A DNA stretch of 35,340 bases from Leptospiraceae bacterium (GCA_020440865.1 JAGRNF010000008.1:1-35340), one strand, 5' to 3'; shown: positions 1 to 9,476, numbered from the stretch's first letter. The notes: generated from the sequence alone by a model not told the origin. Numbers and translations are program-made.

Positions 1-183
1 TTATTGTATGTTTATCCATAATGGATAGTTTAACAGAAAAAAGAGTTTTGTGAACCTGTGGGAGTTTTAGCGCTTACGAATGTTTTTAGAGTATCTAATT
101 TATCTTCTGATAAAAGAATAATTCCTCCAGGAAAGTCATTGAATCCAACTAAAACCCAAAAACAAATGATAAATGCCTATAGA

Positions 184-2952
184 ATGAGCACTGTTTTGAA
201 CTTGGTTTTAAAAGGATTTTTCAGTTTATTGATTCTCTTCCCCTTCGACTCACTTAAAGCGGAAACAAAAATTCTCATCGGTTCCATCCGCTCTTTAAAT
301 GCTACAGAAAGTAAGGAAATCGAAGCACTGATTCAAAAAGAATTTTCTGAGTCCTCAGATCCATTTGTATTTTATATAAAACCAATGGAATCTATTAATA
401 AAGGAATCATTGAGGCAAGAACAGGAGGATATCAAATTTATTCGGAGATCTACTACCGAAATTCCGACAGCTTTCCACCGGACGTTTACATTGCATCGTT
501 CGATCCCCAAAATGAATATTTATATGACGTCATTTCCGAAACAACCTTTATCGACCTACCTGCCGAAATAGAAATTTCAGAAGATGAGTTTCAAGAAAGA
601 CCGGAAGACATTATCAAAAGAACCAAAAAAAAATATTTGATCTCCCATTCAGTCAACCCATCCCAAAAAATAATTCGAGACAATATCATTGAAGGATTTA
701 AAAATCCGGAAGTTCGGAACAAACTCCAATCCTTTCGAAAAGCCGAGTCCCAAAAAGAAAAGTCAGAAGATGCTTTTGCGTATCTCAAAGACAATTTTGA
801 AACGGCTACCAGATCCGCTCAAAAACTTGAAGATTTACCAGTAACCGTAGGAGTGATTCGAAGAGAAGAAATCCATAATTACAACTATCGAACATTAGTT
901 GAGGCTTTGAAATTCCAACCGGGGATCATGGTTTCCGAACCGGGCAATGGAGAAGTCGGTCATCATTTTTACCAGAGAGGTCTCCTGGGAAATGAATACA
1001 CTAAAATTCTTTTGAACGGGATCCCTCTGACCCCTTCTGTAGTACAGGGTATGCCCATCAATGAGATGCTATATTTAAAACATGCAGAGTCCATAGAGGT
1101 TGTCTACGGGCCGGCTTCAGCCGTCTATGGATCGGATGCTTTTGCCGGAGTTATCAATATCAAAACAGTTCCCAAAAAAGAAAATCGAATTCATTTGGGA
1201 ACTCATGTAGGTGAATATGGATATTTGAATTTTAATTTTAATGTGGCACAGGCAGTTCCATTGCTGAATGACCATTTACTCGTTCAGGCTTATGGACTCA
1301 AAAGCAATCGGAGCGATCAAAATATTAAAAAAGGGTATTCCGATTCCTATTATGCTGAAAAATACTACCAGAGGAACAATGAATTCGGAAGCAGAGTTAA
1401 TTATTTCTCCGAGCTACCCTCATCCAATTCTTCTTATGGAACAAGTATCACATTCAAAAAATTCTCCTTTTTCTTTGATCAGATGAAGAGGACGGATCAT
1501 AGTAGTATCGGACAACAATCATCTTTTTATGCATACAATGACTCCGGAGCGATTTGGTCGGATACAATTACACGATTTGCTGCCAAAAATTCTTTTGATC
1601 TGGGAAAATTTACCTTTAACACTAATTTGTCATACAACCAATATCGATTGGACAACTCCAGTAATTATAATTTAAAATTTGAAAAATCTCCTCTTTACAA
1701 ATTCATGGGTTCCGATGATGTTCTTTTCGAACAGACAGCAATTTATAAATTGATGAAGGAAGTGGAAATCCTGGGAGGTTTCTCTTATCAATATTCCGGA
1801 GCTTTTCCCAAAACTAATGATCTAAAACTACCTTTCAATGAAAATTTTTATAAACCATTTTCTAGCAAGCTCCCTCCATCCGACCCCGATCTAGGAAATT
1901 TTGGGAACAATCCCCTGCGGTTCCAAAACAAAGGTGGATTTTTGCAAACAACAATCAATATTCAAAATACAACTATTATCGCAGGAGCCAGGTATGATAA
2001 GAATTCTCTCTATGAGGGTTCTTTCAATCCCCGGATCGCATTGATTTACAAACTCACACCAAAGTCTTCCCTTCGAACGTCATACACAGAAGGATTTCGT
2101 GGACCTCCGATTTATTTATCCTACAACTCTATAGCTACAGGAAGTACATCCTCAGGTATCACATATTTGTTTGTCCCAAATAAAAATTTACAACCTGAAA
2201 AACTCAAGTCATATGAACTGGGTTGGAGGTATCTTTATTCAAAAATTAGCTCAGCTGAAATTGTCCTCTTTCACAATTCTGTAAAAAATAAATTCAACTC
2301 TCTAAAAGTAAGAAGGGATGAATACTTATATCCTTATTCCACTCAATCCAGAGTCGATACTTTCGGAAATATCGGAAGATCCGAACTAACGGGAATCGAT
2401 ATCATCTTTCTATTCAAGGAACTATACAAACCGATCCATTTGAACCTTTCACTCTCCAACTCTTTTGCTAAGGGAGTAGAGTATCTTTCTCCGGATTACT
2501 CCAAAGTTGAAAACGAAATTGAAAATTATATTCTAGACCAATACGATCCCAAGAGAAACAAAATCAATAATTATAGATCTGTGCCTCGGCGGATGAACTC
2601 ACTTCGTATCTCATCAAAATTTTTTGAACGTTGGTTTCTCGCTTTAGATCTAATCAATACAGAAGGCTGGTATTCCAAAAACATTCGAACTAAATCCCAA
2701 TACGATACAGCAGAATTCAATCCGACATATAATATTTACTATTCATCCAATAAAATGCAGGGCTATACGATTATCGACTTCAATACATTCTTCGAAATCA
2801 ATCAATATTTTAGACTGGTTTCGAAAATAACAAATCTAACAAATGAAGTGATCAGCGGGAAAGGAGCGTATGATGGAAGCAATAATCTGGACATCCATCC
2901 ACAGTATAGAAGAAATGTTTATGCAGGATTCGAGGTGAACAATGCTTGGTAA
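184..2952 (+). CDS. TonB-dependent receptor-like outer-membrane protein (plug plus beta-barrel) with a long N-terminal extension
   Basis: Plug-domain motifs 'RGLLGNEYTKILLNGIPL' and 'IEVVYGPASAVYGSDAFAGVINIKT'; C-terminal aromatic residue ('...EVNNAW') typical of OM barrels; signal-peptide-like 'MSTVLNLVLKGFFSLLILFPFDSLKA'. The ORF is open from 58; the in-frame ATG at 184 gives the signal peptide. A ~200-aa region lies between signal peptide and plug. Confidence 0.8.
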   Translation: MSTVLNLVLKGFFSLLILFPFDSLKAETKILIGSIRSLNATESKEIEALIQKEFSESSDPFVFYIKPMESINKGIIEARTGGYQIYSEIYYRNSDSFPPDVYIASFDPQNEYLYDVISETTFIDLPAEIEISEDEFQERPEDIIKRTKKKYLISHSVNPSQKIIRDNIIEGFKNPEVRNKLQSFRKAESQKEKSEDAFAYLKDNFETATRSAQKLEDLPVTVGVIRREEIHNYNYRTLVEALKFQPGIMVSEPGNGEVGHHFYQRGLLGNEYTKILLNGIPLTPSVVQGMPINEMLYLKHAESIEVVYGPASAVYGSDAFAGVINIKTVPKKENRIHLGTHVGEYGYLNFNFNVAQAVPLLNDHLLVQAYGLKSNRSDQNIKKGYSDSYYAEKYYQRNNEFGSRVNYFSELPSSNSSYGTSITFKKFSFFFDQMKRTDHSSIGQQSSFYAYNDSGAIWSDTITRFAAKNSFDLGKFTFNTNLSYNQYRLDNSSNYNLKFEKSPLYKFMGSDDVLFEQTAIYKLMKEVEILGGFSYQYSGAFPKTNDLKLPFNENFYKPFSSKLPPSDPDLGNFGNNPLRFQNKGGFLQTTINIQNTTIIAGARYDKNSLYEGSFNPRIALIYKLTPKSSLRTSYTEGFRGPPIYLSYNSIATGSTSSGITYLFVPNKNLQPEKLKSYELGWRYLYSKISSAEIVLFHNSVKNKFNSLKVRRDEYLYPYSTQSRVDTFGNIGRSELTGIDIIFLFKELYKPIHLNLSLSNSFAKGVEYLSPDYSKVENEIENYILDQYDPKRNKINNYRSVPRRMNSLRISSKFFERWFLALDLINTEGWYSKNIRTKSQYDTAEFNPTYNIYYSSNKMQGYTIIDFNTFFEINQYFRLVSKITNLTNEVISGKGAYDGSNNLDIHPQYRRNVYAGFEVNNAW

Positions 2953-4501
2953 GATATTTTTTGTAATCATGCTCTCATTTTCAATTATGCAATCGTCCGC
3001 TATACTAGCAGATGAGAAAAATCTTACAATTCCGGTTATCATTTCATCCAATTCTGCTTCCCATCAAAAATTACTTTCAGGAATAAAATTTACACTCCCA
3101 TTTAAGTTAAAAATTATTTATCTATCTGATAATTCTAAAGAATTGGAATCGGAGTTGAATTCTAACAACTCAAACCTACCTATAATTACCATCGGAAACC
3201 TGGCTACTTCTTATGTTATCAAACGAACAAATAAAAAAGTTATATTTGGCAATACAAATTTCTCAAGAGAAAAAATTGGATATGAAGAAGGAAATACCTG
3301 TGGCTATTTTTCAGAAATTTCTACAGATAGATTATTCTATACCGTAAAAAAAATTGCTCCAAATATCAAACGGATATCCACTATAACAATTTCAAATTCA
3401 GGAAATTATTATACCATGCAGGGGAATTATTCCGACATTTTTCATAGAGTTTTATTTAAATCTATTTTTTTAAATACTCAGGAAGAATTGCAGGAAGTAC
3501 TGCAAAAATTAAAAGGGAATACTGATGCAATTTTTCTCAATTCCGATTCAATTTCTTCTCAGGAAGATTTTGAGATACTTTCAAAGTATTGTCGTGAAAA
3601 CAAAATATTACTTTTTTCTAATATATCTCTTTTAACTGATCTGGGGGTTGGATTCAGTTTGGAACCAGACTTTCTTGAAATGGGCAAAAACATCGGATCT
3701 CTTACAGAAAAAGTAGTTCAGGGCAATGAAGACTGCGGAATGGGACCCTATTTTTTCCCAGAAAAAGACATATTAAGAATCAATAAAGAATATATGGAGA
3801 GTTCAGGATTTTTAGTTTCCAAAGAAATCGAAGAGAAAACGGAATTAGAGTCTTTAAACAATAAAGCAATAGAATTGTATTTAAATGGGAAACGTAATAC
3901 AGCAGGAAATATTTTTAAATATATACTCTCGAAAGATAAGAAGAATAAAACTGCTGCCTCTTATCTTCAGGAAATAAAGAATGAGAAATATGAAGATAAG
4001 ATCAAAGGATTAACTATTCAAGCTGATTCTGCCTTCCAAAAAAATAATTTCATACAGGCTAGGAATTATTATGATGAAATTTTAAAACTCAATCCGAATT
4101 CTCCCGGAATAAATGAAAAACGTGAAATGTGCACTACAGAATATAGCGAACAAAAAAGGAAGCAGGCTTTACAATTAGAAAAATCCAATCGACCGTATGA
4201 AGCAATCCTCATTTACAAGGAATCCATTGCAATTTATCCTCAAAACCAAACATCCCTGCAGGAGTTAGAAAGTCTCAAAAATCGTCTCTCACAAAAAATT
4301 CCTGAAATGCACATTGAAGGTCAATCTTACTATAACACGCGTAATTACAGCGGGGCTATCTCTATTTATAATAATATTTTATTATTGAATGATAATGATA
4401 AAAAAGCAAAAGAGTATCTCAGGCTCTCAATAGAAAAAAAAGAAGCCTTAGAAAAACTTACAAATTGTAAAAATGATAAGGTGAATCCCTGTCCCTTATG
4501 A
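2942..4501 (+). CDS. Secreted periplasmic-binding-protein-like (ABC_sub_bind/PF04392-like) protein with C-terminal TPR repeats
   Basis: N-terminal signal peptide 'MLGKIFFVIMLSFSIMQSSAILA'; PBP-like segment 'TDAIFLNSDSISSQEDFEILSKYCRENKILLFSNISLLTDLGVGFSLEPDFLEMGKNIG'; TPR-like repeats in the C-terminal half. Start overlaps the upstream stop by 11 nt. Confidence 0.6.
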   Translation: MLGKIFFVIMLSFSIMQSSAILADEKNLTIPVIISSNSASHQKLLSGIKFTLPFKLKIIYLSDNSKELESELNSNNSNLPIITIGNLATSYVIKRTNKKVIFGNTNFSREKIGYEEGNTCGYFSEISTDRLFYTVKKIAPNIKRISTITISNSGNYYTMQGNYSDIFHRVLFKSIFLNTQEELQEVLQKLKGNTDAIFLNSDSISSQEDFEILSKYCRENKILLFSNISLLTDLGVGFSLEPDFLEMGKNIGSLTEKVVQGNEDCGMGPYFFPEKDILRINKEYMESSGFLVSKEIEEKTELESLNNKAIELYLNGKRNTAGNIFKYILSKDKKNKTAASYLQEIKNEKYEDKIKGLTIQADSAFQKNNFIQARNYYDEILKLNPNSPGINEKREMCTTEYSEQKRKQALQLEKSNRPYEAILIYKESIAIYPQNQTSLQELESLKNRLSQKIPEMHIEGQSYYNTRNYSGAISIYNNILLLNDNDKKAKEYLRLSIEKKEALEKLTNCKNDKVNPCPL

Positions 4502-6114
4502 AGATCAGTTTTAAATTAACCATTCTTTTGCTACTGGTTTCATTTCTGGCATCCGCTCCTCTCTCTTATATATTTATTGAAAAAAGTGAAGAAATTATAA
4601 CCAAAAAGACCTTTGACCTCTGCTATAATTCAGCATCCAATCTTTCAGCTGTTGCCCGCGAAGAACTTCTATTAAATAATACCTTTGATGGAATAGAAGT
4701 TTTACTGAGTAAATTAAAAAATTCTAATGATCCTTCCCTACTTTCAGTTTATGTAATCAATAAGTACGGAGTGTATGTTGCCGACCTGGAGCAGAAACGA
4801 AAAGGAAAACAGATTTCCCAATCCGATACAGAATATTATAGAACAATAGACAAACCGAATATAAAAGAGATACTTTCTGAAGGAAGCAAAATCATTCGAT
4901 TTGAATTTCCCGTATATCTAGAAGAGTCACAATTCGATTCACTCCGTCTGGGGTATGTAGTCTTTGAATATGATGATCAAATCCTCTATGAATCAGTATA
5001 TCGATTTAAGAAAAACTTATTTTACTTATCGATCGGTTTCTTATTCTTCATTATCATCTTCTCATACATAATTTCAAAAATCTTTTCCAAAAATATCTTA
5101 CTTCTGAGCCAGGGAGTTGAAATCATTGGAAATGGGAATTTGGATTTCAAACTGAAAATCAAATCAAGAGACGAGATCGGCGATTTAGCAAAAAGATTCA
5201 ATGACATGTCCAACAAACTCAAAGAAGCAGATCGGATCAAAGCTGCATTATTGAACTCTTATAGTAAATTTGTTCCCATTGAATTTCTGGACTTTCTCCA
5301 AAAAGATTCAATATTGGATATCAAACTGGGAGATCAGATAGAAATAAATATGTCTATTTTATTTTCCGATATCCGATCTTTTACCTCTATTTCAGAAAAG
5401 CTCACAGCCGAAGAAACGTTTCAATTTGTTAATTCATATTTGGAAGCAATGGTTCCACAAATTCTCCATAATGAAGGATTCATAGATAAGTACATTGGTG
5501 ACGCTATCATGGCACTCTTCCGAACCCCCGAACAGGCGGTAGATGGCGGAATCGATATGCTGGAAAGTTTGTATGTATATAATAAAAATCGAAAAGAACA
5601 AAATAAAGACAAAATCTCTATCGGTATCGGAATTCATACCGGTAAACTCATCTTGGGGATCGTAGGCTCTGAATTGAGAGTTCAGGGGACAGTAATTTCA
5701 GATGCTGTCAATCTTGCCTCCCGACTAGAAGGTCTTACAAAAATGTATGGAGCAAGTCTTTTGATCAGTGAGGACACTCTAAATCAAATTAAAAATAAAG
5801 AACGATACAAATACCGAATCATTGATACGGTAAAAGTAAAAGGAAAAGATATTGCTGTCAATGTTGTTGAAATCTTGAATGGAAATTCTGATAGAATCAT
5901 CAATCTAAAATTATCAACAACCGAAGTATTTAAAAAAGGGATCGACGAGTTTAAGCAGAGAAATTTTAAATTGGCAGTCAAACATTTTCAGGAAGTCTTA
6001 AAAATTGACCCCTTAGATAAGGCAGCACAGATGCATCTTTCTAGATCCCAATATTTTTTTGAACATGGAGTCCCTCCGGATTGGGAAGGGATATCAGCTA
6101 TCACTGAAAAATAG
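4498..6114 (+). CDS. Membrane-bound sensor adenylate/guanylate cyclase (periplasmic domain, TM, HAMP, class III cyclase, C-terminal TPR)
   Basis: Two TM segments flank a ~140-aa periplasmic domain; HAMP 'GNLDFKLKIKSRDEIGDLAKRFNDMSNKLKEA'; cyclase motifs 'ILFSDIRSFTSISE', 'FIDKYIGDAIMALF', 'IGIHTGKLILGIVGS...VISDAVNLASRLE'. ATGA start/stop overlap with the upstream gene. Confidence 0.85.
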   Translation: MKISFKLTILLLLVSFLASAPLSYIFIEKSEEIITKKTFDLCYNSASNLSAVAREELLLNNTFDGIEVLLSKLKNSNDPSLLSVYVINKYGVYVADLEQKRKGKQISQSDTEYYRTIDKPNIKEILSEGSKIIRFEFPVYLEESQFDSLRLGYVVFEYDDQILYESVYRFKKNLFYLSIGFLFFIIIFSYIISKIFSKNILLLSQGVEIIGNGNLDFKLKIKSRDEIGDLAKRFNDMSNKLKEADRIKAALLNSYSKFVPIEFLDFLQKDSILDIKLGDQIEINMSILFSDIRSFTSISEKLTAEETFQFVNSYLEAMVPQILHNEGFIDKYIGDAIMALFRTPEQAVDGGIDMLESLYVYNKNRKEQNKDKISIGIGIHTGKLILGIVGSELRVQGTVISDAVNLASRLEGLTKMYGASLLISEDTLNQIKNKERYKYRIIDTVKVKGKDIAVNVVEILNGNSDRIINLKLSTTEVFKKGIDEFKQRNFKLAVKHFQEVLKIDPLDKAAQMHLSRSQYFFEHGVPPDWEGISAITEK

Positions 6115-6206
6115 TTTTTTTGAAAACCGGTATACAATCAGCTCCACATTCGAGTTCGAATTTGATTTCTTACAAAAGAAGTGCATAAGCGACCTTTCAT
6201 TTCTCA

Positions 6207-6253
6207 GAAAATGGTACATTTTGTAAATCCAATTGACATTTTGTACCATTTTC
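6207..6253 (+). promoter_or_regulatory. Candidate operator: perfect 11-bp inverted repeat with an internal direct repeat, overlapping a TTGACA box, upstream of the COG1373 ATPase gene
   Basis: 'gaaaatggtac' (6207-6217) and 'gtaccattttc' (6243-6253) are exact reverse complements; between them 'acattttgta' occurs twice (6218-6227 and 6237-6246), with TTGACA at 6233-6238; the gene starts at 6267. Confidence 0.45.
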
Positions 6254-6266
6254 ATAAAAAAGAAGA

Positions 6267-7424
6267 ATGAAGCCTCGGCTACTCTCAGAAAAAGTCTTAC
6301 AGGTCTATCGTAAATACCCTATTCTTACGATTACCGGCCCCAGACAATCCGGGAAAACTACTCTAAGTAGGATGTTGTTTCCGCAGAAAAAATATGTCAC
6401 TTTAGAAAATCCGGACAATAGAGAATTTGCTCAAGTTGATCCCTTGGGCTTTCTCAAGGAATATGAAAATGGAGCTATCATTGATGAAATCCAACGCTGC
6501 CCTGACCTAGCTTCCTATCTTCAAGGAGAAGTGGATAAAAATAATTCTCCGGGACGTTTCATTCTAACCGGAAGTGGGCAGTTTGAATTGATGCAAAGTG
6601 TTAGCCAGTCGCTTGCGGGAAGAACTGCAATTTTGAGACTACTTCCATTTTCCCTTGAAGAAACCGATTCATTCGTTGAGAGACGGGATAGTAACGAAGT
6701 ATTGTTCACAGGATTTTATCCCAGAATATTCGACCAAAATCTGGACCCTCAGGATTATTATTCATTTTATATAGACACCTACTTACAAAGAGATGTGAGG
6801 ATGATTTTAAATATTCAGGATCTGTCCCGTTTTGAAATTTTCTTAAAACTTTGTGCCGGAAGAACCGGACAAATCTTAAATTACAATGAACTTGGAACTG
6901 CTTCAGGGGTTAGTCACAATACGATTAAATCATGGATCAATGTTCTTGAGGCTAGTTTTATAATCAAACTTATCAGACCGTATTATAAAAATTTAAATTT
7001 ACGTCTTATAAAATCTCCAAAACTATTTTTCTTGGACACCGGACTTGTTTGTTCATTATTAGGAATAAAAAACAGCGAACATATTAAAAATCATCCATTA
7101 AAAGGTGCCATCTTTGAAACATTTATCGTTTCAGAGATTATAAAAAATAGATTCAATAAAGGATTGAAAGAAGATCTTTATTTTCTAAGAGATAGTAAAG
7201 GACATGAAATAGATTTAGTCTTTGACAGCGGTATGACATGCGATTTGTGTGAGATTAAGTCTTCTATGACAATCAATAAAGATTTTTTTAAAAACATTCA
7301 ATATTTTTCTAAAATGGAATTACCCATAAAAAATAAGTATATTATTTATGGAGGAGAGGAAAAAAGAAATCAATTGAAAGTAGAGATCTTACCCTGGGAT
7401 AGGATAAGAGAGATAGAATACTAA
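6267..7424 (+). CDS. AAA+ superfamily ATPase (COG1373-type, DUF4143-containing)
   Basis: Walker A 'ITGPRQSGKTTL'; overall architecture and 385-aa length typical of COG1373 ATPases. Confidence 0.8.
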   Translation: MKPRLLSEKVLQVYRKYPILTITGPRQSGKTTLSRMLFPQKKYVTLENPDNREFAQVDPLGFLKEYENGAIIDEIQRCPDLASYLQGEVDKNNSPGRFILTGSGQFELMQSVSQSLAGRTAILRLLPFSLEETDSFVERRDSNEVLFTGFYPRIFDQNLDPQDYYSFYIDTYLQRDVRMILNIQDLSRFEIFLKLCAGRTGQILNYNELGTASGVSHNTIKSWINVLEASFIIKLIRPYYKNLNLRLIKSPKLFFLDTGLVCSLLGIKNSEHIKNHPLKGAIFETFIVSEIIKNRFNKGLKEDLYFLRDSKGHEIDLVFDSGMTCDLCEIKSSMTINKDFFKNIQYFSKMELPIKNKYIIYGGEEKRNQLKVEILPWDRIREIEY

Positions 7425-7426
7425 AA

Positions 7427-7527
7427 CTATAGTCAATTTAAAAAGAATTAACGTATTCACAAAAGAATCATCAATAAAATGGCTACATACAGTAGTAAGA
7501 AAAACGCAATTACTTATGAAAATCAGT
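7427..7527 (+). repeat. Interspersed ~100-bp element, family 1, copy A1
   Basis: 'ctatagtcaatttaaaaagaattaacgtattcacaaaagaatcatcaataaaATGgctacatacagtagtaagaaaaacgcaattacttatgaaaatcag'; a 31-codon ORF (7479-7574) starts inside it. Confidence 0.7.
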
Positions 7528-7591
7528 ATTTATTTTATGAGTTTGAATTACCTGATCTATTGGAGATAAGATAATTCAAACTCAAACGGAA

Positions 7592-9256
7592 TCAGACTAC
7601 GGTAGCGATGTCCAAATTTGTTAGCATCTCTGTAGAGAGGGGTAAGATATATACCTTTTCAAATTTATTAAATCCTTTGGCATGAAAATGCGAAAAGTAA
7701 AATTTGAATTTGTATCCACCCAATTCGTATTCATCAAAACCATACAACCTGGAAGTCTCTTCATTCAATTGTTTGATTTCTTTCAAAAGAAAATACTCTC
7801 TCAATAAATCATAGAATTCCTGGTTGAAGCGGATATCAAACCTTGTCTCTTCTAATTTTTCCAGATTGGATGTGATATTTTGATACAAAACATAATCCTG
7901 TATTACTCTTTTAGTTTCCGGGTTAAAATTATTGAGAGATTTTAGTACTGAAGAAACTTCACTTATTTCATGAAATCTACTAATCGCTGTTTTGAAATAT
8001 TCCTGATTGTTTAGTTTCAAATCATTTATGGAAAAATGCTCTAACCTTGCGGCGAAATTTACGGTCTCTCCCGTTACGGTGAAGTCTCTGACAAGCTCAT
8101 TTCCCAAATTGGATCTCAGGATTTCCTTTCCATAACTCACCCCACTCCTCAATCCCAATTCAGAATTCAAGAGGTTTGCATCCTTCAAGAGATCCAATAG
8201 AACCTGATTCAACTGAAATATTGCCCGAAAATTATTGATCACAGTTTCTCTGTCTGACTTTTCCCTATCTGAGGAAGATTCAGATTTTAGAAAAGAACAC
8301 ATGACGTTATCTCCCATAAACTTATCTATACGACCATTGAACTTTTGGGAGACTAATTTTGTTCGCTTGAAAAAGGGTTGCTGAATTTCATTTCTGAATA
8401 CATTTTTTCCATATTTATTCAAAAATACTGTGCTATTTCTCAAATCAGAAAAACTAATCGATCCATGCTCATAAGTATCCGAAACACCAAATTGCAATAC
8501 ATCAGTAAACTTCTTCCAACTTTTGTTGTAATCTTCTTCCGAGCTATCCTCAGATTTTTTACTGGAATGACTGAGACATCTATCTTTGTACTCGTCAGTC
8601 AAATTCTTGAATAGAGTCTTGAATTCCGAATTGGCATCCTTACCGTTCAATACGATGAAATCATCTTTTCCTGAACTATATCTTTTTAATAAGACTGAAT
8701 CCGAGTAATTTAAATCGGGAAATAGAATATTCTCATGTTCTTCGGGAAGTCTCTTTCCGATAAAAACTATTTCATCCGGGAAGAATGTGGCCACAGAAGA
8801 ATCAAGAGCATAGAACCAGAGCAAGCTGGTAGGATAATTTGCATCATAGAAATAATTGCGTATCCAACCTAAATAATCATTGATTTGATTGGATTCATTG
8901 ATCGGAATAAAAAGACAGGTAAGATCATCGAGGGGATCAGAATAAAAATATATTTTAGTCAAATAATCCAATAATTGAAGTGGAGGATTTTCTTCATATT
9001 TCAAAGACAATTGATCGGAAGAAATATTTTTCATAAATCTCCACATGCAAACGCCTTCTTCTTTTTCTACATAAAGTTTATGCACATAACGATAAAGATG
9101 ATAATTCAAATTTGAATAATAATTATTTGCATTGATATAGATTTGTTTGGGAAGTTTCTGAAAGCATTGAGATATTTTTTCTTCGATTAAATTCTGATCT
9201 GATAAAGTAGCCAACTCTGTCAGCAATTCATCCAATGACTTTAATTGTTCCTGCAT
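7592..9256 (-). CDS. Soluble class III nucleotidyl (adenylate/guanylate) cyclase-domain protein with uncharacterised N- and C-terminal regions
   Basis: Central cyclase motifs 'GRIDKFMGDNVMCSF' and 'LGLRSGVSYGKEILRSNLGNELVRDFTVTGETVNFAARLE'; ~260 aa N-terminal and ~130 aa C-terminal without recognisable motifs. Confidence 0.7.
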   Translation of the reverse strand: MQEQLKSLDELLTELATLSDQNLIEEKISQCFQKLPKQIYINANNYYSNLNYHLYRYVHKLYVEKEEGVCMWRFMKNISSDQLSLKYEENPPLQLLDYLTKIYFYSDPLDDLTCLFIPINESNQINDYLGWIRNYFYDANYPTSLLWFYALDSSVATFFPDEIVFIGKRLPEEHENILFPDLNYSDSVLLKRYSSGKDDFIVLNGKDANSEFKTLFKNLTDEYKDRCLSHSSKKSEDSSEEDYNKSWKKFTDVLQFGVSDTYEHGSISFSDLRNSTVFLNKYGKNVFRNEIQQPFFKRTKLVSQKFNGRIDKFMGDNVMCSFLKSESSSDREKSDRETVINNFRAIFQLNQVLLDLLKDANLLNSELGLRSGVSYGKEILRSNLGNELVRDFTVTGETVNFAARLEHFSINDLKLNNQEYFKTAISRFHEISEVSSVLKSLNNFNPETKRVIQDYVLYQNITSNLEKLEETRFDIRFNQEFYDLLREYFLLKEIKQLNEETSRLYGFDEYELGGYKFKFYFSHFHAKGFNKFEKVYILPLSTEMLTNLDIATVV

Positions 9257-9476
9257 AATACACCTTACCTATGATAAAAACTTATTTCTTAAAAAAATGG
9301 ATAGGATCTGATCTGAAAAGACAAGAATCACATTTTAATTTTAAAAAATTATTTCACCATTTTCACATCGAATAGATGAGTTGGCAAACAATTTCCTTAG
9401 ATTCTAAATTTTGATTTCTCATTCTCAAATCCAGAAATTCAATTGACCCTCCAGAACGATTTTGAATCATTTTCGT

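Noticed and set aside
591-794. 67-aa - strand ORF
   Set aside because: It lies inside the TonB-dependent receptor gene on the opposite strand and is an artefact of long-ORF calling.
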